20,000 bases of DNA from an uncultured virus (IMG/VR IMGVR_UViG_3300048008_000607) (taxonomy: Duplodnaviria; Heunggongvirae; Uroviricota; Caudoviricetes; Crassvirales), in IMG/VR virus record IMGVR_UViG_3300048008_000607. The stretch is one strand, 5' to 3'. The notes under the pieces were generated by a model, which ran no database searches, was not told the origin of the DNA, and was given only the letters and a program-made list of their open reading frames with translations. Made by a program: the position numbers and the translations under genes. Shown one piece after another: positions 1-7,715 of this stretch. Positions within the stretch are counted from its first letter, which is position 1. Each line of letters starts with the position of its first letter.

Positions 1-1
1 G

Positions 2-688
2 TTTGGTAAGCAATATTTAAGTAATTCAGACATATCCGTATTATTAGACAATCCGCTTAATTTTAAGCAACCTTCAAAACCAATTCCCGCTTTTTTAGTC
101 GGTGGTTATTTTCATACTGCAATACTTGAACCAGACAAACTGGAAAAGTATAAAGTAATTGAAGCAACTACTAGAAATACAAAGAAGTACAAGGAAATTT
201 CTGAGGGGGAGCTATGCTTATTACAGCATGAAGTTGATCAGATTGAATTAATGCGAGAAAAGGTCTTAAGTAATAAGATCTGTAAAGAGTTTATTCTAGG
301 TTCAAATAGTAAATCACAAATTGAATATGAAGTACCTGGGGTAATCGAATTAGAAGGTAATTGGTGGAAAGGTAAAGCTGATATAGTTAATCATGACGAA
401 AAACTAATTATTGATTTAAAAACGACTGGTGATTTAAATCGATTTAAAAGCAGTGCTTACCGCTATAATTACGATAGTCAAGCCTATATATATAGGAAAA
501 TATTTGATTATGATTTTTTGTTTATAGCTATAGATAAAAGTACACATCAAATTGGTATCTTTGATTGTTCAGATAGATTTTATGAGTCTGGTTTTGAAAA
601 AGTAAAGAAAGCTACAGATGTTTATGATTTATTCTATAAGACCGATGGGTTCGATCCATCACAGTACTTTGTACAAAAAACACTTTAA
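2..688 (+). CDS. RecE/exonuclease VIII-like PD-(D/E)XK nuclease (DUF3799-like), 5'-truncated by window edge
   Basis: Frame is open from base 2 (FGKQYLSNSDISVLL...VGGYFHTAILEP...), well upstream of the track's ATG at 251. Motifs LSNS, FHTAILEP, KGKADIV...IIDLKTT and YxxQAYIY are typical of phage RecE-like exonucleases. Confidence 0.85.
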   Translation, partial: FGKQYLSNSDISVLLDNPLNFKQPSKPIPAFLVGGYFHTAILEPDKLEKYKVIEATTRNTKKYKEISEGELCLLQHEVDQIELMREKVLSNKICKEFILGSNSKSQIEYEVPGVIELEGNWWKGKADIVNHDEKLIIDLKTTGDLNRFKSSAYRYNYDSQAYIYRKIFDYDFLFIAIDKSTHQIGIFDCSDRFYESGFEKVKKATDVYDLFYKTDGFDPSQYFVQKTL

Positions 689-708
689 TTAATTTAAATT
701 TTATTATT

Positions 709-876
709 ATGGCACGAACTAGAAAAAAAACATGTAATGTCAGCGGAGTTACCACAAATGAAAACAATTTTTATAATGGTCACTCTCACGTAAAAGCCGT
801 AGATAATCTACGCCGTGTAACTGGAGCAAATAAAGAACAGTTGCGCAGAATGTTTAATACTTTAAGTACATATTAA
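709..876 (+). CDS. small hypothetical protein (55 aa, MARTRKKTCNVSG...), not in ORF track
   Basis: ATG 709 to TAA 876; fills the gap between the nuclease and SSB, 1 nt before the next ATG; AT-rich leader. Confidence 0.7.
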   Translation: MARTRKKTCNVSGVTTNENNFYNGHSHVKAVDNLRRVTGANKEQLRRMFNTLSTY

Positions 877-877
877 A

Positions 878-1198
878 ATGGCTGGTATAATTAAAACAAG
901 TATTAACCTTACTAATATACCTAAAGATAAAATTATTGAAGGTAAAAAAGGAAAATACTTACCTATTACTATAACTGTAAATGATGAAGTTGATCAATTT
1001 GGTAATCAAGGCCCTGTAATTGTTTCACAAACAAAAGAAGAGCGTGATGCTAAAACTGAAAAAACTTATCTTGGTAATGCACAAGTAGTTTGGACTAATG
1101 GTGAATTTCCTTCACCACCACCTCGTGATGGTCAAACACCCCAAGCGGCTTCGGCACAAGCCCAATCTATAGCACCAGACAATGATTTACCATTCTAA
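878..1198 (+). CDS. single-stranded DNA-binding protein, Bacteroidota-phage type
   Basis: Beta-rich core, Pro/Gln/Ala linker and acidic-aromatic C-terminal tail (DNDLPF) typical of SSBs; lies between exonuclease and primase-helicase. Confidence 0.7.
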   Translation: MAGIIKTSINLTNIPKDKIIEGKKGKYLPITITVNDEVDQFGNQGPVIVSQTKEERDAKTEKTYLGNAQVVWTNGEFPSPPPRDGQTPQAASAQAQSIAPDNDLPF

Positions 1199-1208
1199 AT
1201 AAAATTAG

Positions 1209-2924
1209 ATGATAAACAACACAGAGATCAATGGATTTTTGATTGAGCAATTCAATCAATACGATCTGGATGTAGGTAAGCCACAAGGCATTTGTCCTTT
1301 GTGCTCTCATGACAGAAAACCTGAGAATAAAAAGCAAAAGTGTGCTTCTTACGATTGGGAACGGGGTCTCGGCACTTGTCATAACTGTGATCAAACTTTT
1401 CAACTACATACGTACCAACGCAAGGGAAATGCGGATAAGATTTATGTTAAACCAGAACCCCTTGAAGTAGTTACAGAAGTTAGTACTAAAGTAGAAGAAT
1501 GGTTTCAATCACGTGGTATATCCAAGGAAACTCTAAAGGCTCTCAAAGTATCTGAGGGCCTTGAGTTTATGCCACAGACCGGAAAACAAGAAAATGCTAT
1601 ACATTTTAATTATTTTGTAGGCGGCGAGCTTATAAATATAAAATATAGAGATGGTAGAAAGAATTTTAAATTATTTAAAGGAGCCGAAAAGGTTTTTTAT
1701 AATATTGATAATATTGTTGGCTTTGAATATTGTATTATTGTGGAAGGCGAGATGGATGCTCTTAGTCTTTATGAAGCTGGTATATCTAACGTTATATCTG
1801 TCCCAAACGGCGCCACATTAAATAGTAATAATTTAGACTACTTAGATAATTGCATTGATTATTTTTTAGATAAAGAAAAAATAATTATAGCAGTAGACTC
1901 TGATGAAGCCGGTCAAGCATTACAATCTGAATTAGTTAGAAGATTAGGAGCTGAAATATGCTACATAGCTAATTTTGATGATTGTAAAGACGCAAACGAA
2001 TATCTTTTAAAATATGGAAAACAAAAACTGGCAGAGTGTATTTCAGGAGCAAAGCCAGTACCGCTGGAGAATGTTACTACATTCCGGGATATTGAAGGAG
2101 AAATTACCGACTTTGTTAAAAATGGCTTTAAAAAAGGATACCAAATTGGCATTCCAAATTTTGATGAAATTTTTTCAACATACACTGGTCAATTCATTAC
2201 TGTTACTGGTATTCCTTCTTCCGGAAAAAGTGATTTTGTCGACCAAATGGTTGTGGGCTATAACCAAAATTATGGTTGGAAAACGGCATTTGCTTCGCCT
2301 GAAAATGCACCAACTTATTTACATGCTCATAAGCTGATGCGTAAAGTGTGGCAAGATATGCCGCGTAAAGATCAAATTGGGTCTGATAAATGGAATCAAG
2401 TAGCTGACCACGTTAATGATAATTTCTTTTTCATTGATATGGACAGATATACACTTGAGTCTGTATTGCGTAAAGGTGCTGAATTAGTAAAACGTAAAGG
2501 AATTAAATGTTTAGTTATTGATCCTTTCAATAAAGTAAGAGATGTTGATGCTAAAACAGAAGATGTAAATAGATATACAATGGAATACTTAACTAAAATT
2601 GAAACCTTTGCTAAAAAGTTTGATGTTTTAGTTATAGTAGTTGCTCACCCAACTAAAATGTATAAAGATGGAAATGGAAAGATTGAAGAACCGACTATGT
2701 ATAATATCAAAGGAGGTGGTGAGTGGTATGATGCTTCTTATCATGGCCTTCTTGTTCACAGGGATTACGACAATAAAACAGTTAAAGCAAAAGTTCTTAA
2801 AGTTAAATTTCAAAACTTAGGAGAAAATGGAGCAGAAGCACATTTCAAATGGGAACCTAGATCTGGTTGTTTTATACCTCATGAGCCTATGAACTTAGAA
2901 AAAGAAGCAATGCCTTGGGAATAG
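1209..2924 (+). CDS. T7 gp4/Twinkle-like DNA primase-helicase
   Basis: N-terminal Zn finger (CPLC...CHNC), TOPRIM (IVEGEMDALS, VDSDEAG, KDANE), SF4 helicase Walker A GIPSSGKS, Walker B LVIDP, VVAHP motif. Confidence 0.95.
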   Translation: MINNTEINGFLIEQFNQYDLDVGKPQGICPLCSHDRKPENKKQKCASYDWERGLGTCHNCDQTFQLHTYQRKGNADKIYVKPEPLEVVTEVSTKVEEWFQSRGISKETLKALKVSEGLEFMPQTGKQENAIHFNYFVGGELINIKYRDGRKNFKLFKGAEKVFYNIDNIVGFEYCIIVEGEMDALSLYEAGISNVISVPNGATLNSNNLDYLDNCIDYFLDKEKIIIAVDSDEAGQALQSELVRRLGAEICYIANFDDCKDANEYLLKYGKQKLAECISGAKPVPLENVTTFRDIEGEITDFVKNGFKKGYQIGIPNFDEIFSTYTGQFITVTGIPSSGKSDFVDQMVVGYNQNYGWKTAFASPENAPTYLHAHKLMRKVWQDMPRKDQIGSDKWNQVADHVNDNFFFIDMDRYTLESVLRKGAELVKRKGIKCLVIDPFNKVRDVDAKTEDVNRYTMEYLTKIETFAKKFDVLVIVVAHPTKMYKDGNGKIEEPTMYNIKGGGEWYDASYHGLLVHRDYDNKTVKAKVLKVKFQNLGENGAEAHFKWEPRSGCFIPHEPMNLEKEAMPWE

Positions 2925-3188
2925 ATGGCTAAAAAAGAAACTAAATGGATGCCTCATTATGAGCCTTCAAATGAAGAGTATGAATGGCATAATTTTTGTA
3001 CCACTAAGGGTATAATTATATCACCTATTGCTGCTGTAAGAGGGTCTAATCCTGAGGAATGGCGTATAGGAGTTTCTTTTATGCCTGATTATAAAAAAAT
3101 AAATTTATCGCCATCTATATATGATAAACATATTATATGGCAGGAAACATTTAAAATGATGAAATATTATTATGATAAATATAGATGA
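2925..3188 (+). CDS. hypothetical protein (87 aa)
   Basis: Starts directly after the primase TAG and overlaps the start of the thyA-like gene; no motif recognised. Confidence 0.7.
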   Translation: MAKKETKWMPHYEPSNEEYEWHNFCTTKGIIISPIAAVRGSNPEEWRIGVSFMPDYKKINLSPSIYDKHIIWQETFKMMKYYYDKYR

Positions 3189-3996
3189 AGAATATAGAGG
3201 TTTACTATCGGGTGTTTTTCACGCGGGTAAAAATAAAGAAGATCGCACGGGCGTTGGTACAAAATCTGTTTTTGGTCGTACAATCCGTCACGACATGGCT
3301 GGAGGGTTTCCTCTTATTACAACAAAAAAAGTTAGTTTCAATGCCGCTCTTACAGAAATATTATGGATACTTCAAGGTCGCACTGATTTACAATATCTTA
3401 CTAACCATAATGTTAATTATTGGACTCCCAACTATGAAGCATCAGGAAGGAACGATGGAACTCTTGGCAAGGTATACGGTTATCAGTGGAGAAATTTCAA
3501 TGGTGTTGATCAATTGCGTAATTTATTATTGGACATCAAAAGAACCCCACATTCGAGAAGACTTTTGGTTAATGCTTGGAATCCTAGCGATTTCGATGAT
3601 ATGGCATTGCCTCCTTGTCATTATGGTTTTCAAGTCTATATAAATAACGGTGTAATGGATCTTATTTGGCAACAAAGATCTGTTGATATATTTTTAGGTT
3701 TACCTTATGATATAGCAATGTATGGTTTATTATTGTTAATGTTAGCTAAAGGAAATGGATATGAGCCAGGGCAATTAATAGGCCAGCTTGGTGATTGCCA
3801 TTTATATAACAATCATTTGGAGCAAGCTAAAATACAATTAGCTAGAGAACCAAAAAATTTACCAACTGTTGATATTTCTTTTGGTTTAAAGATTCAAGAA
3901 GGCGCAAATAACTTTATATTTATACCATCACATAACATGTTTAAATTAAATAATTATGAGTCACACCCAAGAATCAAAGCAGAACTTGCAATCTGA
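3172..3996 (+). CDS. thyA: thymidylate synthase (ThyA) family protein with Asn-to-Asp specificity substitution; possible dCMP methylase
   Basis: DRTGVGT, VYGYQWR, SRR, catalytic PPCH (C149), QRSVDIFLGLPYD (D180 where ThyA has N), DCHLYNNH, C-terminal IKAELAI. Confidence 0.95.
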   Translation: MINIDEEYRGLLSGVFHAGKNKEDRTGVGTKSVFGRTIRHDMAGGFPLITTKKVSFNAALTEILWILQGRTDLQYLTNHNVNYWTPNYEASGRNDGTLGKVYGYQWRNFNGVDQLRNLLLDIKRTPHSRRLLVNAWNPSDFDDMALPPCHYGFQVYINNGVMDLIWQQRSVDIFLGLPYDIAMYGLLLLMLAKGNGYEPGQLIGQLGDCHLYNNHLEQAKIQLAREPKNLPTVDISFGLKIQEGANNFIFIPSHNMFKLNNYESHPRIKAELAI

Positions 3997-4084
3997 AAAA
4001 TTATGGTTTAATAAAACAAACTATATGGCAAAATATTTAAATAAAAAAAGTAATAAAATAATTGAAAAAATAAAAAACAAAAAT

Positions 4085-4504
4085 ATGAAAAAATTTATAT
4101 TTATAATGTTGTTTCCTGTATTTGCTATAGGACAAAATTACTACGATGATGCATTACGTTTTCAAAATAATATAAGAAGCTATTATGATATGCCTGTAAT
4201 GTCATATAATAATGAACTAGCTTTAGAAGCCCAAGTTTGGGCAGAACATTTAGCTAGTATTGATGATGTACAAGTTAGCACAGATAATTATGGTGAAAAT
4301 ATATTTTATATTGATAAAATATATGCAGGTGTACGAAACAAAAATGTTTTATTAGAAGCCTCAATTAATTGGATTGTTGATACAGATAATTGGGATACTT
4401 TTAATCAAATAATATATCCTGAAGCAACAAATATTGGATTTGGTATGGCAGAAAATAATGAATCAATATATGTAGTTGCTAAGTATAATAAACTGCACAA
4501 ATAA
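4085..4504 (+). CDS. secreted CAP/SCP (PR-1-like) domain protein, 139 aa
   Basis: Likely start ATG 4085 gives signal peptide MKKFIFIMLFPVFAIG|Q. CAP-like pattern QNNIR...YNNELALEAQVWAEHLA...YGENIF...FNQIIYPEATNIGFG...VVAKY. Confidence 0.75.
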   Translation: MKKFIFIMLFPVFAIGQNYYDDALRFQNNIRSYYDMPVMSYNNELALEAQVWAEHLASIDDVQVSTDNYGENIFYIDKIYAGVRNKNVLLEASINWIVDTDNWDTFNQIIYPEATNIGFGMAENNESIYVVAKYNKLHK

Positions 4505-4505
4505 T

Positions 4506-5267
4506 ATGTTTTATATTTATCACATTCCTGGTAAAAAAATAGGTGTAACACGTAATCTAAATAACAGAGTTACGCTGGTGCAGGGCTATAAGCCTGATGA
4601 ATATGAAGTTCTTGATTCTTCTGAAGATATAGATTATATATCTGAGAAGGAAATAGAACTTCAAAAGTCTTACGGATATAAAATTGATAGAGCATTATAT
4701 AAAAATTTATTTAAATCAAATGTAAAAATGGACATAAACATCACAGAACAAACAACAACTTTTCCAGTTGAAAAAAAGAAATTAAAAAAGTTTCTTAAAG
4801 ATAACATTGAAAGTAAATGGAAAACTTCATTAGGTGTATTTGAAATAAACAAAGAAACAATTAAATGGATTTTTAAAAACTCTAAAGTATCAATGTACAA
4901 TGATCAACGTTCTTATATTTATAATAAAGCCTTTTATGAAGCTTTTTTGGCAGAGCCAACGTACAACAAAGAAAACATATTTGGACTCATTAGAGACTGG
5001 GCAGACGAGCGCGGTATCTATGATAAAGGAGATGTTAAAACTCAACTAATTAAATTATATGAAGAATCAGGAGAATTATCGCAAGGGATACTTAAAGACA
5101 GCCAACCAGATATTATTGACGCTATTGGTGATTGTGTTGTTGTTCTCACTAATCTCGCCCACCTTGCAGGTACCGACATTGAAAGCTGTATTCAGTCTGC
5201 TTATGATGAAATATCTACTAGAACTGGTGAAATGAAAAATGGTACATTTGTAAAAACAACATTATAA
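4506..5267 (+). CDS. fusion of N-terminal GIY-YIG-like domain and C-terminal MazG-like NTP pyrophosphohydrolase
   Basis: Likely start ATG 4506. N-term FYIYHIPGKKIGVTRNLNNRV...EKEIE resembles GIY-YIG. C-term IRDWADERG...KLYEESGEL...DAIGDCVVVL...AYDEISTRTG is MazG-like (EExGE...DxxGD). Confidence 0.8.
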   Translation: MFYIYHIPGKKIGVTRNLNNRVTLVQGYKPDEYEVLDSSEDIDYISEKEIELQKSYGYKIDRALYKNLFKSNVKMDINITEQTTTFPVEKKKLKKFLKDNIESKWKTSLGVFEINKETIKWIFKNSKVSMYNDQRSYIYNKAFYEAFLAEPTYNKENIFGLIRDWADERGIYDKGDVKTQLIKLYEESGELSQGILKDSQPDIIDAIGDCVVVLTNLAHLAGTDIESCIQSAYDEISTRTGEMKNGTFVKTTL

Positions 5268-5494
5268 TGAGAGATCAAATAATAAAACAAGTTATAAATA
5301 AAATTCAATCAAGATCAGATGTTGGTTATAAAAAGTATGGTGTTACTTTAGCGGATGATGATCAACCACTTGATACATGGTTGCAGCACTTACAAGAAGA
5401 ATTAATGGATGCTGTTAATTATCTTGAGAAAGCTCGTATGGTATTAAGAGATGAGGTTGAAGAATGTTATATTAGAGATGCGAAGAAAAATTAA
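5267..5494 (+). CDS. small all-alpha NTP-pyrophosphohydrolase-like phage protein (75 aa)
   Basis: RSDVGYKKYGVTL...WLQHLQEELMDAVNY pattern (GxxKYG, EExxD) of a common phage MazG/dUTPase-superfamily family; TAATG coupling to upstream gene. Confidence 0.6.
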   Translation: MRDQIIKQVINKIQSRSDVGYKKYGVTLADDDQPLDTWLQHLQEELMDAVNYLEKARMVLRDEVEECYIRDAKKN

Positions 5495-5924
5495 AAAAAG
5501 AGGACCTGTTAGAGCAAAAAAAATTAGTTATGATGGTCATAATTTTGCTTCAGGTTTAGAACGTTATATGTATATTGCTTTAAAGAAAGCAAAAATAAAA
5601 GCTAAATATGAGGGAGAAACATTCGTTTTAATTAATGGCTTTCACTTTGAAAACGAAGCTTATGAAAGGCAAGCCAATGGAAAAGGTGAGTATGTCAATA
5701 GAGGTAGTAAAAGAATATTACCTATTAAATATACTCCAGACTTCATTGGTAATGATTTTATAATTGAAACCAAAGGAAGGCCAAACGAATCGTTTCCTAT
5801 TAGATGGAAGTTGTTTAAAAGATTAGTTACGGAACAATTTCCTGAGTACACTTTGTATAAGCCACAAAATCAAAAAGAATGCGACAGAACAGTAGAGCTC
5901 ATCCTGAGCAAGCAAAAAAAATAG
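5478..5924 (+). CDS. T7 endonuclease I-like Holliday junction resolvase (PD-(D/E)XK)
   Basis: FASGLE, YE, YTPDF...IIETKG motifs match endonuclease I; likely start ATG 5478. Confidence 0.85.
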   Translation: MRRKIKKRGPVRAKKISYDGHNFASGLERYMYIALKKAKIKAKYEGETFVLINGFHFENEAYERQANGKGEYVNRGSKRILPIKYTPDFIGNDFIIETKGRPNESFPIRWKLFKRLVTEQFPEYTLYKPQNQKECDRTVELILSKQKK

Positions 5925-6052
5925 CTAGATTAAAATACGCTGAGCGCCAAATAGAAAAATGGATTAAGTGGTCCATAAATAATAGAGGTTATATAAAGTA
6001 TAAAGAATTGGTTGAAATACACGATCAATATAACATAAAATGTTATGATTAA
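5879..6052 (+). CDS. small hypothetical protein (57 aa, MRQNSRAHPEQAKK...), not in ORF track
   Basis: ATG 5879 to TAA 6052; fills an otherwise unexplained gap and overlaps the resolvase 3' end. Confidence 0.5.
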   Translation: MRQNSRAHPEQAKKIARLKYAERQIEKWIKWSINNRGYIKYKELVEIHDQYNIKCYD

Positions 6053-6054
6053 AT

Positions 6055-6189
6055 ATGAAAAATTGGGAGCTTAGCGTCGGATTATACCCCGGTATACTTA
6101 TAGGTATAAGAACATATGTTGAACCAGAATATAAACAGCACGTGCTTTATTTGCCGTTTGTGGATATTTGCTTAGAAATTGATAATTAA
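6055..6189 (+). CDS. small hypothetical protein (44 aa, MKNWELSVGLYPGILIGIRTY...), not in ORF track
   Basis: ATG 6055 to TAA 6189, 2 nt after the previous stop and 1 nt before the nrdB ATG; beta-strand-like pattern. Confidence 0.65.
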   Translation: MKNWELSVGLYPGILIGIRTYVEPEYKQHVLYLPFVDICLEIDN

Positions 6190-6190
6190 T

Positions 6191-7159
6191 ATGGGTTTAT
6201 TTGATGAAAGAATTGCATACAAACCATTCGAATATCCAGAATACTATACTGAGGGATGGCTTAAACAAGCTCAGGCGTTCTGGCTACATACCGAGATACC
6301 AATGTCAGGTGACGTCAAGGATTGGAACGAAAAGCTTACACACGAAGAGAAAAACTTGGTTGGAAATATCTTGCTGGGCTTTGCACAGACAGAGTGTGCG
6401 GTATCTGATTACTGGACGCAAAAAGTTGTTTCGTGGTTTCCAAAGCATGAAATACAGCAGATGGCTATGATGTTTGGTTCGCAAGAAACAATACATGCTG
6501 TAGCTTATAGTTATTTAAATGAAACATTAGGATTAGAAAACTTTGAAGCATTCCTACAAGATGATGCAACAATGGCTCGATTTGACAACCTCGTTGCTTT
6601 ACCAGGTGATAATACTGTAGAAATTGGTACTTCTCTTGCAGTCTTTAGCGCATTTGCTGAAGGCGTTTCCTTATATTCTGCTTTCGCTGTGTTATACAGT
6701 TTTCAGTTACGTAATCTTCTTAAAGGTATCGGACAACAAATGAAATGGAGTGTTCGTGATGAATCGCTGCATAGTAAAATGGGTTGTCAGTTATTTAGAC
6801 ATATGTGCCAAGAAGATAATAGCTTATTAGAAAAATGTAGAGATGAAGTTATTGAAGCAGCATCGGCAATGCTTGTCGCTGAAGAAGATTATATTGACAG
6901 AATGTTCGAAGCAGGCGATATTGAAGGAATTAAAGCAGCCGACCTTAAACAGTTTATTAGAAAAAGACTTAACGAAAAGTTACAAGAACTTGGTTACCTT
7001 GACCTCGGGCAATACTTTGCTTTTAACAAAGAGCAAGCAAGTACCCTTGACTGGTTTTACCATCTTACAGGCGGTCATACCCATACTGATTTCTTTGCTG
7101 TTCGTCCAACAGACTATTCTAAAGCAAATGAAGGAGAAGATTTTGAAGATATTTGGTAG
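6191..7159 (+). CDS. nrdB: class I ribonucleotide reductase beta subunit
   Basis: YKPFEYP, FWLHTE, ligands E68, E99xxH102, Y106, AEGVSLYSAF, DESLH, C-terminal DFFAVRPTDY. Likely start ATG 6191. Confidence 0.95.
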   Translation: MGLFDERIAYKPFEYPEYYTEGWLKQAQAFWLHTEIPMSGDVKDWNEKLTHEEKNLVGNILLGFAQTECAVSDYWTQKVVSWFPKHEIQQMAMMFGSQETIHAVAYSYLNETLGLENFEAFLQDDATMARFDNLVALPGDNTVEIGTSLAVFSAFAEGVSLYSAFAVLYSFQLRNLLKGIGQQMKWSVRDESLHSKMGCQLFRHMCQEDNSLLEKCRDEVIEAASAMLVAEEDYIDRMFEAGDIEGIKAADLKQFIRKRLNEKLQELGYLDLGQYFAFNKEQASTLDWFYHLTGGHTHTDFFAVRPTDYSKANEGEDFEDIW

Positions 7160-7509
7160 TGAGAAAGTGTAATAAATGTAACAAAGAAAAATCTACACAT
7201 AAGTTTAGATATGGCAAAAGAACTTGTAAAAAATGTGAATATCGTTTTAAACAAAGATTTTTACGCATATTAGTACAAGATAAAAGACTAACAGCAGTAG
7301 AAAGATTATCTTTTAGATTAGGATATATGGGCACAGCTTTTATGATGATGTCACCACATTTACTTAGCCACGGAAATATTGGTGCTATAACTTATGTGAT
7401 AGCGGGATTATTATTAACACCTCAAGTATTTGTATTAAAACAATGGAATCTCGTGGCGGTAAACCTAAATGTAACAATTGGATATTTAATTTATTTATAT
7501 AATGCATAA
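7159..7509 (+). CDS. Zn-finger plus ~3-TM membrane protein
   Basis: GTG start overlapping the nrdB stop (TAGTG); CNKC...CKKC followed by three hydrophobic segments. Confidence 0.7.
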   Translation: MRKCNKCNKEKSTHKFRYGKRTCKKCEYRFKQRFLRILVQDKRLTAVERLSFRLGYMGTAFMMMSPHLLSHGNIGAITYVIAGLLLTPQVFVLKQWNLVAVNLNVTIGYLIYLYNA

Positions 7510-7715
7510 TGAAAGAAAACAAACTAATAGAAATGTGGAACAGGATAGAAGTGCTGGGCCAAAACATGCAACAGATAATAACAGAAATGAACAATCTCAG
7601 AGATTTATCTATTGGGACGATGAGCCTAATGAAAAAACTACCTGACTATGATAAAGCAATAGAAGCTTTAACAGAAGATCTAAAAAAAGAAAAAGAAAAT
7701 AAAGATGTGGAATAA
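7509..7715 (+). CDS. hypothetical helical/coiled-coil protein (68 aa)
   Basis: TAATG coupling upstream, overlaps the nrdA start; heptad-like pattern. Confidence 0.7.
   Translation: MKENKLIEMWNRIEVLGQNMQQIITEMNNLRDLSIGTMSLMKKLPDYDKAIEALTEDLKKEKENKDVE

Noticed and set aside
3956..4084. 43-aa N-terminal extension of the CAP ORF given by the track
   Set aside because: It overlaps the thyA end, is low-complexity A-rich sequence, and would bury the clear signal peptide starting at 4085.
4506..5494. 2-aminoadenine (PurZ/DatZ/MazZ) or 7-deazaguanine pathway
   Set aside because: No PurZ, HD-phosphohydrolase, DpdA or Que genes in the window; MazG-like genes alone are not diagnostic.
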